DNA of 64,000 nt from an uncultured Solirubrobacterales bacterium. GTDB lineage: Bacteria; Actinomycetota; Thermoleophilia; Solirubrobacterales; 70-9. A program made the translations under genes and the position numbers. How positions within the stretch are numbered: position 1 is the stretch's first letter; every line of letters starts with the position of its first letter. This document shows, in pieces, positions 17,672-26,962 of the stretch. The DNA is taken from positions 28,255 to 92,254 of the forward strand of contig CAVPRR010000005.1 in assembly GCA_963707965.1 (NCBI GenBank), in the 5' to 3' direction. Under the pieces are notes generated by a model, which saw nothing but the letters and a program-made list of their open reading frames with translations, searched no databases and was not told the DNA's origin.

Positions 17672-18358
17672 ATGGATGAACCGATCCCCATCGTCGGCGG
17701 CACCGGCGCGCTCGGAGCCGGGCTGGCCCTGCGCTGGGCGAAGGCAGGCGCATCGGTTGTGATCGGCTCGCGCTCGGCGGAGCGCGCCGCGGCGGCTGCG
17801 GCGAAGCTTCGCGAAGCGGTCCCGGGCGCTGAGGCCGCGGGCCTGGTCAACGAGGAGGCGGCCAGGCGTGCGGAGGTTGTCTTCCTGACGGTCCCCTTCC
17901 GTGCCCAGTCGGAGAACCTCAACAACCTGCGAGGGGCGCTTCAACCGGGGCAGATTCTGGTCGACTGCACCGTCCCGCTCGCAGCGGCTGTGAGCGGCAA
18001 GGCGACCCGCTCGCTGGGCGTCTGGCAGGGCTCCGCAGCCCAGCAGGCGCAGGAGATGGTCCCGGACGGCGTCACGGTGATAGCGGCCCTGCACAGCGTG
18101 GGGGCACCGACTCTGGCCGACGCCGATTCCGAGCTGAACGAGGACGTGCCGGTCTGCGGCGACCGCAAGGCCGACAAGGCGCGCGTCGCGCGCCTCATCG
18201 AGCTCATTCCCGGACTGCGGGCCGTCAACGCAGGACCACTGGAGATGGCACGGATCGTCGAGCAGCTGACCCCCCTCCTGATCTCCGTCAACGGGCGCTA
18301 CAAGACCCACGCCGGAATCCGCATCACCGGGCTTCCCGATTCCGGCCATTGGGACTGA
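17672..18358 (+). CDS. npdG: NADPH-dependent F420 reductase
   Basis: IVGGTGALGAGLALRWAKAGASVVIGSR Rossmann N-terminus and full-length NpdG/Fno-like pattern. It sits beside the cofDCE genes. Confidence 0.8.
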   Translation: MDEPIPIVGGTGALGAGLALRWAKAGASVVIGSRSAERAAAAAAKLREAVPGAEAAGLVNEEAARRAEVVFLTVPFRAQSENLNNLRGALQPGQILVDCTVPLAAAVSGKATRSLGVWQGSAAQQAQEMVPDGVTVIAALHSVGAPTLADADSELNEDVPVCGDRKADKARVARLIELIPGLRAVNAGPLEMARIVEQLTPLLISVNGRYKTHAGIRITGLPDSGHWD

Positions 18359-18421
18359 ACGCCGGGCGGCGGGCATGAATCTCGCATTCTTGATTCGGCG
18401 ATCGAGAGTGGAGCGACTGCC

Positions 18422-19357
18422 ATGAAGATCGCCCTCCTCGCCGGCGGGACCGGCGGTGCCAAGCTCGGGGCCGGGATGCAGGAGGAGATCGGCGCCGAGC
18501 TGTCGGTGATCGCCAACACCGCCGACGACGTCGAGCTTCTCGGTGTCCACGTCTCGCCGGACCCTGATCTCGTCACCTACTGGTTGAGCGGCGAAATAGA
18601 CGCCGACCGCGGTTGGGGCATCCGAGACGACAGCTTCACCGTGTTCGAGAGGCTGTTGAAACTCGGTGCGCCGGGCTGGTTCAAGCTCTCCGACCGCGAC
18701 CTCGCGACATGTGTGTACCGCCGCGAGTTCCTCGCTGCGGGCGGGCGGCAGACCGACGCGCAGGCGCAGATCGCGCGTGCGCTCGGCGTTTCCGCCCGCG
18801 TGCTGCCGATGAGCGAGGCACGTGTGCACACCAGCGTGCTGACCGCCGCCGGTCGCCGCGGCCTGCAGGAGTACCTGATCGTCGACGGCGGTCGGCCCGA
18901 GGTGCACGGAGTCGAGCTGGAGGGCATCGCCGAGGCGAAGCCAACCCCCGAGGTGGCTGAGGCGCTGCGCGGAGCGGAGGCGATCGTGATCGGCCCCTCC
19001 AACCCGGTGATCAGCATCGGCCCGATCCTCGCCGTGCCAGGGATGAGGGAGGCGATCGCGGAGTCGAGCGCCCCGGTGATCGCGGTCAGCCCCTTCGTCG
19101 CCGGCCAGGTCGTGAAAGGCCCGACCGAGCGGTTCATGGCAGCCCTCGGCCGGCCGGCGACGGCGGCCGGGACCGCCTCGCTGTACGCGGGACTGATCGA
19201 CGCCATGGTCGTCGACGAGGGGGACCCCGATCCGCCCCCGGAGGAGATCCCGACCCTCGCGGCCCCAACCCTGATGGACGGGGCCGCCGCGCGAGTCCGG
19301 GTGGCACGCATCGTCCTCGACTACGCGGCCGACCTCGTCGCCTCCGGCCCTCGATGA
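18422..19357 (+). CDS. cofD: 2-phospho-L-lactate transferase (CofD/FbiA)
   Basis: MKIALLAGGTGGAKL N-terminus, VIANTADD, and a GPSNPVISIGPIL motif. Confidence 0.9.
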   Translation: MKIALLAGGTGGAKLGAGMQEEIGAELSVIANTADDVELLGVHVSPDPDLVTYWLSGEIDADRGWGIRDDSFTVFERLLKLGAPGWFKLSDRDLATCVYRREFLAAGGRQTDAQAQIARALGVSARVLPMSEARVHTSVLTAAGRRGLQEYLIVDGGRPEVHGVELEGIAEAKPTPEVAEALRGAEAIVIGPSNPVISIGPILAVPGMREAIAESSAPVIAVSPFVAGQVVKGPTERFMAALGRPATAAGTASLYAGLIDAMVVDEGDPDPPPEEIPTLAAPTLMDGAAARVRVARIVLDYAADLVASGPR

Positions 19358-19367
19358 CCGTCTTCGA

Positions 19368-20033
19368 TTGCGCCTCCGGTCTGGCCTCGGGTTGAAAGCG
19401 ACCGCCGTACTCCCAATGAAGCGCTTCGGCGCCGCGAAGAGGCGACTTGCGGCGGGCATGGAGGACAGGGGGCGCGAGGCGCTCGTCGCTGCGATGCTCG
19501 AGGACGTGCTGGAGGCAATCGGCGCGGCGCGGTCGATCGAGGCCACGATCGTCGTCAGCAGCGAGCCCCGGGCCGCCGAGCGCGCAGCGGCAGCAGGTAG
19601 CGAGGTCCTTCCCGACCCGGCGGGCGGCGGCCACTCGGAGGCCACACTGGCCGGGATCGCGCGCGCCGAGGAGCTCGGCGCCACCTGCGTCGTGCTCCTT
19701 CCCGGCGACTGCCCACTGCTCGACCCACGCGAGCTGGACAGCCTGCTGACCGGCGTTCCGGCGAATTACGTCGCCGTCGTTCCAGACAGGCACGGCACCG
19801 GGACCAACGCCCTCGTCCTCTCGCCCCCCCGGGCAATCAGGCCCGCCTTCGGCGAGGGCAGCCGCGACCGCCACGTCGCCGCGGCCCGCGAGGCCGGCAT
19901 CCCCTTTGGCGTCGAAGCGCTGACCTCGCTGGCCCTCGACCTCGATACTCCCGCCGACCTCATTGCCCTGACCCGCGAGCTGCAGGCACAGCCGGGCCGC
20001 GCCCGGCGCACCGCGAAGGCGCTGGGGCTGTGA
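19368..20033 (+). CDS. cofC: phospholactate/phosphoenolpyruvate guanylyltransferase (CofC/FbiD)
   Basis: AVLPMKRFGAAKRRL N-terminal motif, LLPGDCPLL, GTGTNAL. TTG start at 19368 (alternative TTG at 19392). The stop overlaps the cofE GTG start. Confidence 0.85.
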   Translation: MRLRSGLGLKATAVLPMKRFGAAKRRLAAGMEDRGREALVAAMLEDVLEAIGAARSIEATIVVSSEPRAAERAAAAGSEVLPDPAGGGHSEATLAGIARAEELGATCVVLLPGDCPLLDPRELDSLLTGVPANYVAVVPDRHGTGTNALVLSPPRAIRPAFGEGSRDRHVAAAREAGIPFGVEALTSLALDLDTPADLIALTRELQAQPGRARRTAKALGL

Positions 20034-20821
20034 ACACGCAGCAGCCCATCGGGAGCGAGTCGGGGGAGCTGAGCGTCCTTCCGGTCACCGGCCTGCCCGA
20101 GTTCGTCGAGGACATGTCCGTGGGGACGGAGATCGCCACCCACGCAAGGTTGCTCGATGGCGATGTCGTCGTGGTCTCCCAGAAGATCGTCTCGAAGGCA
20201 GAGGGGCGTGTCCGCCGCCTCACCTCGGTCCTGCCCGGCGGAGAGGCGCGACGCCTCGCCGCGGCCCTCGGCAAAGAGCCGGCGCTGGTCGAGCTGATTC
20301 TCGCCGAGAGCCGCGAGGTGCTGCGCGCCGAGCACAGCGTCCTGATCACCGAGACGCACCACGGCTTCGTCTGCGCCAACGCGGGGATCGACAACTCCAA
20401 TCTCCCCGACCCCGACACGGTTTCGCTGCTGCCGGAGGACCCCGATGCCTCCGCGCGGCGGATCCGCGCGGAGATTCGCGCTGCAACCGGCAGGGCCGTG
20501 GCGACCATCGTCTCCGACAGCTTCGGGCGCGCCTGGCGCCTTGGCCAGACAGAGGTCGCTATCGGCTGCGCGGGAATCGCTCCGCTCAGCGACTGGAGGG
20601 GCCGCAGTGACGCCGCTGGCCGCACGCTGGAGGCGACCCTGATCGCGGTCGCCGACGAGGCGGCAGCCGCCGCCGACCTGGTTCGCGACAAGGACAGTGG
20701 AATCCCCGTTGCGATCGTCCGTGGCCTCCAGCGCTTCGTCAGCCACGGCGCCGACCCCGGAGACGACGGCCCCGGCGCCGCGGCCCTGCGCCGCCCCCGC
20801 GACGAGGACCTCTTCCGGTAA
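20030..20821 (+). CDS. cofE: coenzyme F420-0:L-glutamate ligase (CofE domain only)
   Basis: VVVSQKIVSKAEGR and HGFVCANAGIDNSN motifs. At 263 aa there is no C-terminal nitroreductase-like domain. Confidence 0.9.
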   Translation: MNTQQPIGSESGELSVLPVTGLPEFVEDMSVGTEIATHARLLDGDVVVVSQKIVSKAEGRVRRLTSVLPGGEARRLAAALGKEPALVELILAESREVLRAEHSVLITETHHGFVCANAGIDNSNLPDPDTVSLLPEDPDASARRIRAEIRAATGRAVATIVSDSFGRAWRLGQTEVAIGCAGIAPLSDWRGRSDAAGRTLEATLIAVADEAAAAADLVRDKDSGIPVAIVRGLQRFVSHGADPGDDGPGAAALRRPRDEDLFR

Positions 20822-20828
20822 CCCCTGC

Positions 20829-20938
20829 CGACGGGACGATTTCGCACCAGATGGGTGCATTTCAGTCCCGCCGGCGCGGCCATGCAATCGACGGGACGAT
20901 TTCGCACCAGATGGGTGCATTTCAGTCCCGTCGGCGCG
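20829..20938. repeat. two tandem copies (60-bp period) of a nested-hairpin element
   Basis: CGACGGGACGATTTCGCACCAGATGGGTGCATTTCAGTCCCG(C/T)CGGCGCG occurs at 20829..20878 and 20889..20938. Outer stem CGACGGGAC/GTCCCGTCG; inner stem GCACC/GGTGC. Confidence 0.9.
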
Positions 20939-20947
20939 AGTGCGCTG

Positions 20948-21949
20948 CTACTGCGCGGTTGAGCCGGCGATGTCGAGGACGGCGGCCCCCCGCAGGCGGC
21001 CGGACCGGATGGAGTCGAGCGCCACGCCGACCTCGGCCAGTGGATGGATCTCAACCTCGGTGCGGACCGGGACCCGCGGCGCCAGCTGCAGGAACTCCTC
21101 GCCGTCGCGGCGGGTCAGGTTTGCCACGGAGCCAAGCACACGCTCACCCCAGAGGATCTCGTAGGGAAAGCTGGGTATGTCGCTCATGTGGATGCCGGCA
21201 CTGATGATCCGCGCCCCCTTTGCACTCACCCGCAGCGCGGCGGTCATCAGAGGCCCGGCCGGTGCGAAGACGATCGCGCCGTCGAGCTCCTCGGGAGGCG
21301 GCTCCGTAGAGGATCCCGCCCACTCGGCGCCGAGGCTTCGCGCGAACTCCTGTCCCTCCGCATCGCCCTCCTTAGTGAAGACGAAGACGCGCCGCCCCTC
21401 CTCGACGGCGACCTGGCAGAGGATGTGGGCTGAGGCGCCGAAGCCGTAGAAGCCAACCCGCTCGGCGTCGCCCACCAGGCGCAGCGCTCGATAGCCGATC
21501 AGCCCGGCACAGAGCAGCGGCGCCGCCTGCTCGTCGGGGTAGCCGTCCGGAATGGGAAAGCAGAATCGCTGGTCGGCGACCGCGAGCTCCGCGTAACCGC
21601 CATCGATGTCGTAGCCGGTGAAGCGGGCGTGGTCGCAAAGGTTCTCGCGCCCGCTCGTGCAGTAGCGGCACTCGCCGCAGGTCCAGCCCAACCAGGGAAC
21701 GCCGACCCGGGCGCCCAGCGCGAAGCGCTCCGCTCCCTCCCCCGCCCCGACCACCGTGCCAACGATCTGATGGCCCGGGACGAGCGGCAGCTTCGGCTCG
21801 GTCAGATCGCCGTCGACGATGTGAAGGTCGGTGCGGCAAACACCGCAGGCCGCAACCGAGATCAGCACCTGCCCGGGCGCCGGCCGGGGATCGGGCAGAT
21901 CCACGGGGCGCAGTGGCTCGCGCTGCCGCTCCAGGACCATCGCCCGCAT
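20948..21949 (-). CDS. zinc-dependent alcohol dehydrogenase
   Basis: GVCRTDLH, PGHQIVG, and the structural-zinc motif CGECRYCTSGRENLC; 333 aa. Confidence 0.9.
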   Translation of the reverse strand: MRAMVLERQREPLRPVDLPDPRPAPGQVLISVAACGVCRTDLHIVDGDLTEPKLPLVPGHQIVGTVVGAGEGAERFALGARVGVPWLGWTCGECRYCTSGRENLCDHARFTGYDIDGGYAELAVADQRFCFPIPDGYPDEQAAPLLCAGLIGYRALRLVGDAERVGFYGFGASAHILCQVAVEEGRRVFVFTKEGDAEGQEFARSLGAEWAGSSTEPPPEELDGAIVFAPAGPLMTAALRVSAKGARIISAGIHMSDIPSFPYEILWGERVLGSVANLTRRDGEEFLQLAPRVPVRTEVEIHPLAEVGVALDSIRSGRLRGAAVLDIAGSTAQ

Positions 21950-21955
21950 CGCGCG

Positions 21956-24221
21956 CTACCCGGCGAGCACCGGCCGCTGCGCCGGGTACGTGTCGACGAT
22001 CTCGTAGAGCGTCGTGCGCTGGGCCGGTTCCCGGCCTCCCGCGCGGGCAGCCTCGATCAGTTGCTCCGGCTCCAGCCGCACCCCGTGCTGCGAGCCGGCC
22101 ATGCGCGAGATGTTCTCCTCCATCAGCGTGCCGCCGAGGTCGTTGACCCCCCAGCGCAGCGCCTCGGTGGCCGCCTCGAGCCCCATCTTCACCCAGCTCG
22201 CCTGCAGGTTCGGGATGGTCCTGCCCAGTGCCAGCCGGAAGGCGGCGGTGTGCTTCAGGTTCTCCCCGGCCGAGATCTCCTCGATGCCGTGCGTGCGACC
22301 CAGCATCGTGTTGAAGGGGATGAAACTGAGTGGCACGAACTCGGTGATCCCGCCCGTCCGTTCCTGCAGGGCCCGAACCACCCGCATGTGGCGGGCCAGC
22401 TCGCGCGGTTCCTCGATGTGCCCGAACATCACGGTCGAGGTCGAGCGGAGGCCGGCCCGGTGCGAGGCTTCGATGATCTCCACCCAGCGCTCGACCGGCA
22501 GCTTGTTGGGGGAGATCCGCTGGCGCACCCCGTCGTCCAGAACCTCCGCTGCGGTTCCGGGTGTGGATCCGAGCCCGCACTCGATCAGGTACTCGAACAC
22601 AGCGTCGGGCTCCCTACCCGAGCGCTCGCACATGTAATGGATCTCCATCGGCGAGTAGGCGTGAAGGTGCAGCTGCGGGGCCACCTCCTGCGCGAGCTGC
22701 AGCCACCTGCCGTACTTCTCCAGCGTAAGGTCGGGATGGATTCCACCCTGCATGCAGATCTCGGTCGCCCCGAATTCGACCGCATCGCGCACCCGATCGG
22801 CGAAGTCGTCCTCGGAGACCTCGTAGGCATCGGGTGAGCGGCGCCCCTGTCCGAACCCGCAGAAGGCGCAGCCGACCACGCAGATGTTCGTGAAGTTGAT
22901 GTTCCGGTTGACGACGAACGTGGCCCGGTCCCCGGCAAGCTCGGCCCGCAGCTCGTCGGCGGCGGCACGCATCTGCTCGACGACCTCCGGGCGCGTCTCG
23001 GCGAACAGCGCGGTCAGTTCGTCCTCGCTCAGCTCCTCCCCCCGGCGCCCCCTCGCGATCGCCCGCTCGGCGAGGCTCGAATCGATCCGCTCGTCCCGGC
23101 GCCGCCCCGACCCGCGCCGCGGGATGAAGCTCCAGTACTTCAGCTTGATCACGTCGAGGACCCCCTGCTCCATCCACTCGGGGCTCATGTACTGCGGGTA
23201 GACACAGAGCCTCTCCGTCAGCGCATACCCCTTCGGCGCCAGCCCCTTCCGCACCTCGTGCGGGCTGGGAAATGCGTGCTCGGGCGAGATGTGATCCCCG
23301 TTGGCCGAGAGCCCGCCCAAATCGGTTGCCCCGGCCTCGACCAGCTCGGGCCAGGAGCCGGACAGGTTTGGCGGAACCTGTATCCCCACGTCGGGCATCA
23401 GGCGCCGGCACTCGGAAATCAGCCGCTTGATGTCCCGCACGCCGATCGAGCTGGCCCACTCCGGCATGAGCAGCGGGGAGTCCCCCGCGGGGGACTCCCC
23501 GCTCTGTTGCTCCGGCGGGGGCTTCCCCGTTACCCGTCCAGCGAAGGTGTGAAGCCTGGTCGGCGATATCGGCGACCTCCCGCCCGTAGTACCGCGGGTG
23601 CGGAACGAAGTTCTGGAGGATGACCTCCTGGATATGCCCATAGCGGCTGTGGAGCTCGGCGATGGCTTCCAGCGATTCGACCTGCTCCTGCTCCGTCTCG
23701 CCGATCCCGACGAGGATCCCCGTCGTGAACGGGATCTTCAGCGCGCCGGCGGCCTCGATCGTCGCCAGCCGCTGAGTCGGGTGCTTGGTAGGCGAGCCGG
23801 CGTGGACGGTGTCCATCAAGCGCTCGGCGATCGACTCCAGCATCAAGCCCTGAGAGGCGGTGACCTCCCGGAGACGTGCCAGGTCGTCAGAGCTGAGGAC
23901 GCCGATGTTCGTATGCGGCAGGATCCCGCGCTCCAGCGCCCGTTCGCAAGCCCAGACCACGTAGGAGGTGAAGTCGCCGTGGCCCCACTCGGCGAGCTTG
24001 GCAGCGACGATCGGGTTGACCTCGGGCCGCTCGCCGGTGAGCACCAGGAGCTCCTTGGCATTACGGCGCACAGCCTCCTCCAGGCGAGCTTCGACTTCCT
24101 CGGGGGCGTAGATATGAGCCTGGCGGGTCGCGAATGCGCAGTACTTGCAGTAGCACTGGCAGGTGCGGGAAAGCGAGAGCGTGTAGTTCCGCGAGAAGGT
24201 GACCCGGCGCACGAGGCTCAA
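21956..24221 (-). pseudogene. fbiC: FO synthase FbiC (fused CofG/CofH radical-SAM enzyme) with a one-nucleotide frame break inside the CofG half
   Basis: The CofG N-part (CQCYCKYC cluster ... ILQNFVPHPRYYG) is in the frame of ORF 22614..24221. The rest of CofG (MPDVGIQVPPNL...) and all of CofH (CVVGCAFC cluster) are in the frame of ORF 21956..23641. The switch lies around 23440..23560. Confidence 0.7.
23472..23503. repeat. perfect 32-bp palindrome AGCGGGGAGTCCCCCGCGGGGGACTCCCCGCT inside fbiC
   Basis: Read directly from the sequence; the two 16-nt halves are exact reverse complements. It is located at the fbiC frame junction. Confidence 0.95.
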
Positions 24222-24289
24222 GCTACCGCAGGCATGCCGCCGCCGGGCCGCGAGGGCCGGCTGCTGAATGGCTCAGAAGACCTCTGCGC

Positions 24290-25054
24290 TCAGGCCGTGG
24301 AGCCGGCGCCTGGCTTGGGCGCGGCGGGGGCCTTGACCCGCTCGGGCGACTCGGTGGGAGCCGGCCCGCCCGGCTCGAGCACCAACTTGAAGACGGCCGC
24401 GGCAAGCAGCGAGCCGACAATCGGGCCAACCAGGTATGGCCAGACGCCGCCCCACTCGTTGCCGACCAGCGCCGGCCCGAACCAGCGGGCCGGGTTGAAG
24501 GAGCCGCCGGTGAGGGGCCCGCCAACCATGACGATGAACCCGAGCGTCGTGCCGATCGCGAGCGGCGCCCACTCCTTGAAGCTCTTCTTCGAGAAGACCG
24601 CGGCGAGGATGACCAGCACGAGGCAGAAGGTCCCAATTGCCTCGACGATCGAGCCCTGGAAGTTGCCGCCGAGCAGGCCGGTCACCTGGGGAGCGGCGTA
24701 GTGCGTTGCCCGGCCCTCGTCGAGCAGCAGCCCCTTGGCCAGCAGGGCCCCGAGCACCCCTCCGGAGAGCTGGGCGAGCATGTAGATCACCGCGTCGACC
24801 GGGGCTATCCGCTTGATCGCCGCAGCCGCGAGCGTCACGGCGGGGTTGAAGTGGCCGCCACTGACCACGCCGAACATGACGATCAGGCCAAACAGCAGGA
24901 AGGCGTGGACGAGACCGACGACGGCGAAGTCCGAACCGAACTGCGCTTCGTTTCCGGTGGCCACGAACAGCACAACCACGCTTACGATGAAGAACACCAG
25001 CAAGAAGGTGCCAATCAACTCAGCCAGATATGCCGCTAGTCCTCGCTCCTGCAC
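24290..25054 (-). CDS. MIP family channel (aquaporin/glycerol facilitator)
   Basis: Two NPA boxes (GGHFNPAVT, GGSFNPARW), six TM helices and a Pro/Ala-rich C-terminal tail. Confidence 0.9.
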   Translation of the reverse strand: MQERGLAAYLAELIGTFLLVFFIVSVVVLFVATGNEAQFGSDFAVVGLVHAFLLFGLIVMFGVVSGGHFNPAVTLAAAAIKRIAPVDAVIYMLAQLSGGVLGALLAKGLLLDEGRATHYAAPQVTGLLGGNFQGSIVEAIGTFCLVLVILAAVFSKKSFKEWAPLAIGTTLGFIVMVGGPLTGGSFNPARWFGPALVGNEWGGVWPYLVGPIVGSLLAAAVFKLVLEPGGPAPTESPERVKAPAAPKPGAGSTA

Positions 25055-25115
25055 GTCTCCTCCTCCTCGGTCCCTGATTCGGATAGCGGCGGCAGTCTAC
25101 CCGGATCGCCCCCGT

Positions 25116-26093
25116 ATGAATACCTTTCCCCCTCGAATGGGACGAGTTGCCGCGCTGCTGGCGGCCGCTCTGCTGCTTGCCGGCGCAGCCGGCTGCGGGA
25201 GCGGCGCTGAACCGGGCGCGCCGGACGGCGCGACCGTCGTCCTGGATTTCACGCCGAACGCCGTCCACTCCGGCATCTACTCCGCGCGGCGTCAGGGCTA
25301 CTACCGCGGTGCCGGGGTCGAGCTGACCGTCCGCCGGCCAGGCGACTCAACCGATGCGCCAAAGCTGCTGGAGGCCGGTCGCGTGGAGTTCACGCTCCTC
25401 GACATCCACGACCTGGGGATTGCCCGCGAGCGGGGCCTCGACGTGATTGGCGTGATGCCGATCGTCCAGCGGCCCCTTGCCTCGGTCATCGCCCGCGGCG
25501 ACGGCCCGGTGCGCCGCCCCCGTGATCTTGAGGGCCGCACCGTGGGCGTGACCGGGCTGCCGTCAGACGAGGCCGTCGTCGACTCCGTGGTCGCAGCCGA
25601 TGGCGGAGACCCAACCCGGGTGAACCGGGTCACGATCGGCTTCAACGCCGTCTCCATACTTGCCGCCGGCAAGATCGACGGGGCAACCGGCTTCTGGAAC
25701 GCCGAGGGGGTTGCGCTGCAGCGCCAGGGGGTGCCGATTCGGGTCTTCAAGGTCGACCGCTTCGGCGCCCCGCCCTACCCTGAGCTGGTCCTCGCCACCT
25801 CGCGCGGGACGATCGAGCGGGACCCGCGGCTGGTTCGCGCGATGGCCGCCGCGACGGCGCGCGGCTACGAATTCGCTTCGGAGCACCCCGGTCGCGCCCT
25901 CGACGACCTGCTGGCCGCCGTCCCGGGTCTCGACCGTGCCGACCAGGCGGCCCAGCTTCGCGTCCTGCGACCGGACCTCCGCCCCGCTCCCTTCGACCCC
26001 GCGGTGCTGCGCGCCTGGGCGCGATGGGACCTCGAGCACGGCCTGCTCAAGCGACCCCTCGACGTCGGGGCGGCGTTCCTGCTGAACCCCTGA
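25116..26093 (+). CDS. lipoprotein, NMT1/THI5-like ABC transporter substrate-binding protein (orphan)
   Basis: Start at MNTFPP; lipobox LLAGAAGC; LDFTPNAVHSGIY... pattern. There is no adjacent permease or ATPase. Confidence 0.75.
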   Translation: MNTFPPRMGRVAALLAAALLLAGAAGCGSGAEPGAPDGATVVLDFTPNAVHSGIYSARRQGYYRGAGVELTVRRPGDSTDAPKLLEAGRVEFTLLDIHDLGIARERGLDVIGVMPIVQRPLASVIARGDGPVRRPRDLEGRTVGVTGLPSDEAVVDSVVAADGGDPTRVNRVTIGFNAVSILAAGKIDGATGFWNAEGVALQRQGVPIRVFKVDRFGAPPYPELVLATSRGTIERDPRLVRAMAAATARGYEFASEHPGRALDDLLAAVPGLDRADQAAQLRVLRPDLRPAPFDPAVLRAWARWDLEHGLLKRPLDVGAAFLLNP

Positions 26094-26214
26094 CGCCACT
26101 GGAGTCGCGTGTATCGGCTGCGCGCTGTCTCTTTCGCCTCGCGCATCGCTGCTCCCGCCGAGTGGTCTGTGCGAAAAGGGAGCGCCGCTTGCAGCCGATA
26201 CGCCCGACTCCCCT

Positions 26215-26549
26215 TCAGGTACCGCGATCGTCCGAAAGCAGCCGGTCCACAAGCTGCGGGAGCTCGCGAGCAAGGCGCGAGCGGGGCACCACGAGGTTGA
26301 CTCCCGCCGCCTCTGCGGCCCGCCTGGTCTCGGCGTCGACGTGCGAGTAGTAGCCGAGGACGGGAACGCCGAGACCAACCAGGGCCTCCGGGTTCCCAGC
26401 GTCGAGGTCAGCGACGATCAGCTCTGCCTCGCCGGGGTGAGCCTCAGCAAGCTCGCGAACGAGTGTGACCTCGTGGCCGGCTGCGCGAAGCGTCCCCTCG
26501 ACCTTGCTGCCGAGCAGGAGATCAGGAGCGACGGCGACGACCCTGGCCA
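26215..26549 (-). CDS. hypothetical protein (receiver-like alpha/beta pattern)
   Basis: The GTG start (VARVVAVAPD) directly abuts the stop of the upstream ORF. Same-strand operon position after mntH. No family recognised. Confidence 0.55.
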
Positions 26550-26912
26550 CTACAGGACGCGGCGCTGGCGAAACTCTTGACGCACGCTCTCGGGGCGACC
26601 CCACATCTGCACGACCTCGGCGCGACCCTCCCGCACCTCGCGGAGCTGCATCTCGCCGGTGACTCCATCCTCGTCCAGCTTCTCCAGCACGCCCTTCACC
26701 GTCTCGGCAGCTGCCGCGTGTCCGAAGCTGTGGGCAACGAACAGGCGCCACTGCCAGTCGGCCTTCGAGTAGGGCCGGGCATTCACCTGGCTCAGCGCCA
26801 CGGCGGTGTCGACGTAGCGGCTCTCATCGTCGATCCGCAGGTCCAGCTCGAGGTCCGTCCAGTCGGGCGGCATCGCATCGAGCACCTCTTGAAAGTCATC
26901 AGCCAAGCTCAT
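26550..26912 (-). CDS. hypothetical protein
   Basis: Start at MSLADDFQEVL; 120 aa; GC-rich third positions. It lies immediately downstream of mntH. No family recognised. Confidence 0.6.
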   Translation of the reverse strand: MSLADDFQEVLDAMPPDWTDLELDLRIDDESRYVDTAVALSQVNARPYSKADWQWRLFVAHSFGHAAAAETVKGVLEKLDEDGVTGEMQLREVREGRAEVVQMWGRPESVRQEFRQRRVL

Positions 26913-26962
26913 GCGGGAAGGGTATCTGGGTGGGGAGCAGGGTGACCCCGCCAGGGCGCGAC

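Noticed and set aside
17645-19684. Upstream 680 codons of the 924-aa ORF 16910..19684
   Set aside because: Only the last 244 codons (the SDR, starting MRFEGRRALVTGG) look like a protein. The rest is antisense to npdG, cofD and cofC.
20829-20938. CRISPR-like array (two ~50-bp repeats)
   Set aside because: There are only two units separated by a 10-bp spacer, and no cas genes. It is better described as a tandem duplication of a hairpin element.
25055-25115. TPP-riboswitch-like string CCCTGATTCGGATAGCGGCGGCAG upstream of the NMT1/THI5-like binding protein
   Set aside because: It only resembles the ACCTGATCTGGATAATGCCAGCG segment. The P5-type stem cannot form, no CTGAGA box is present, and the 61-bp gap is too short for the aptamer.
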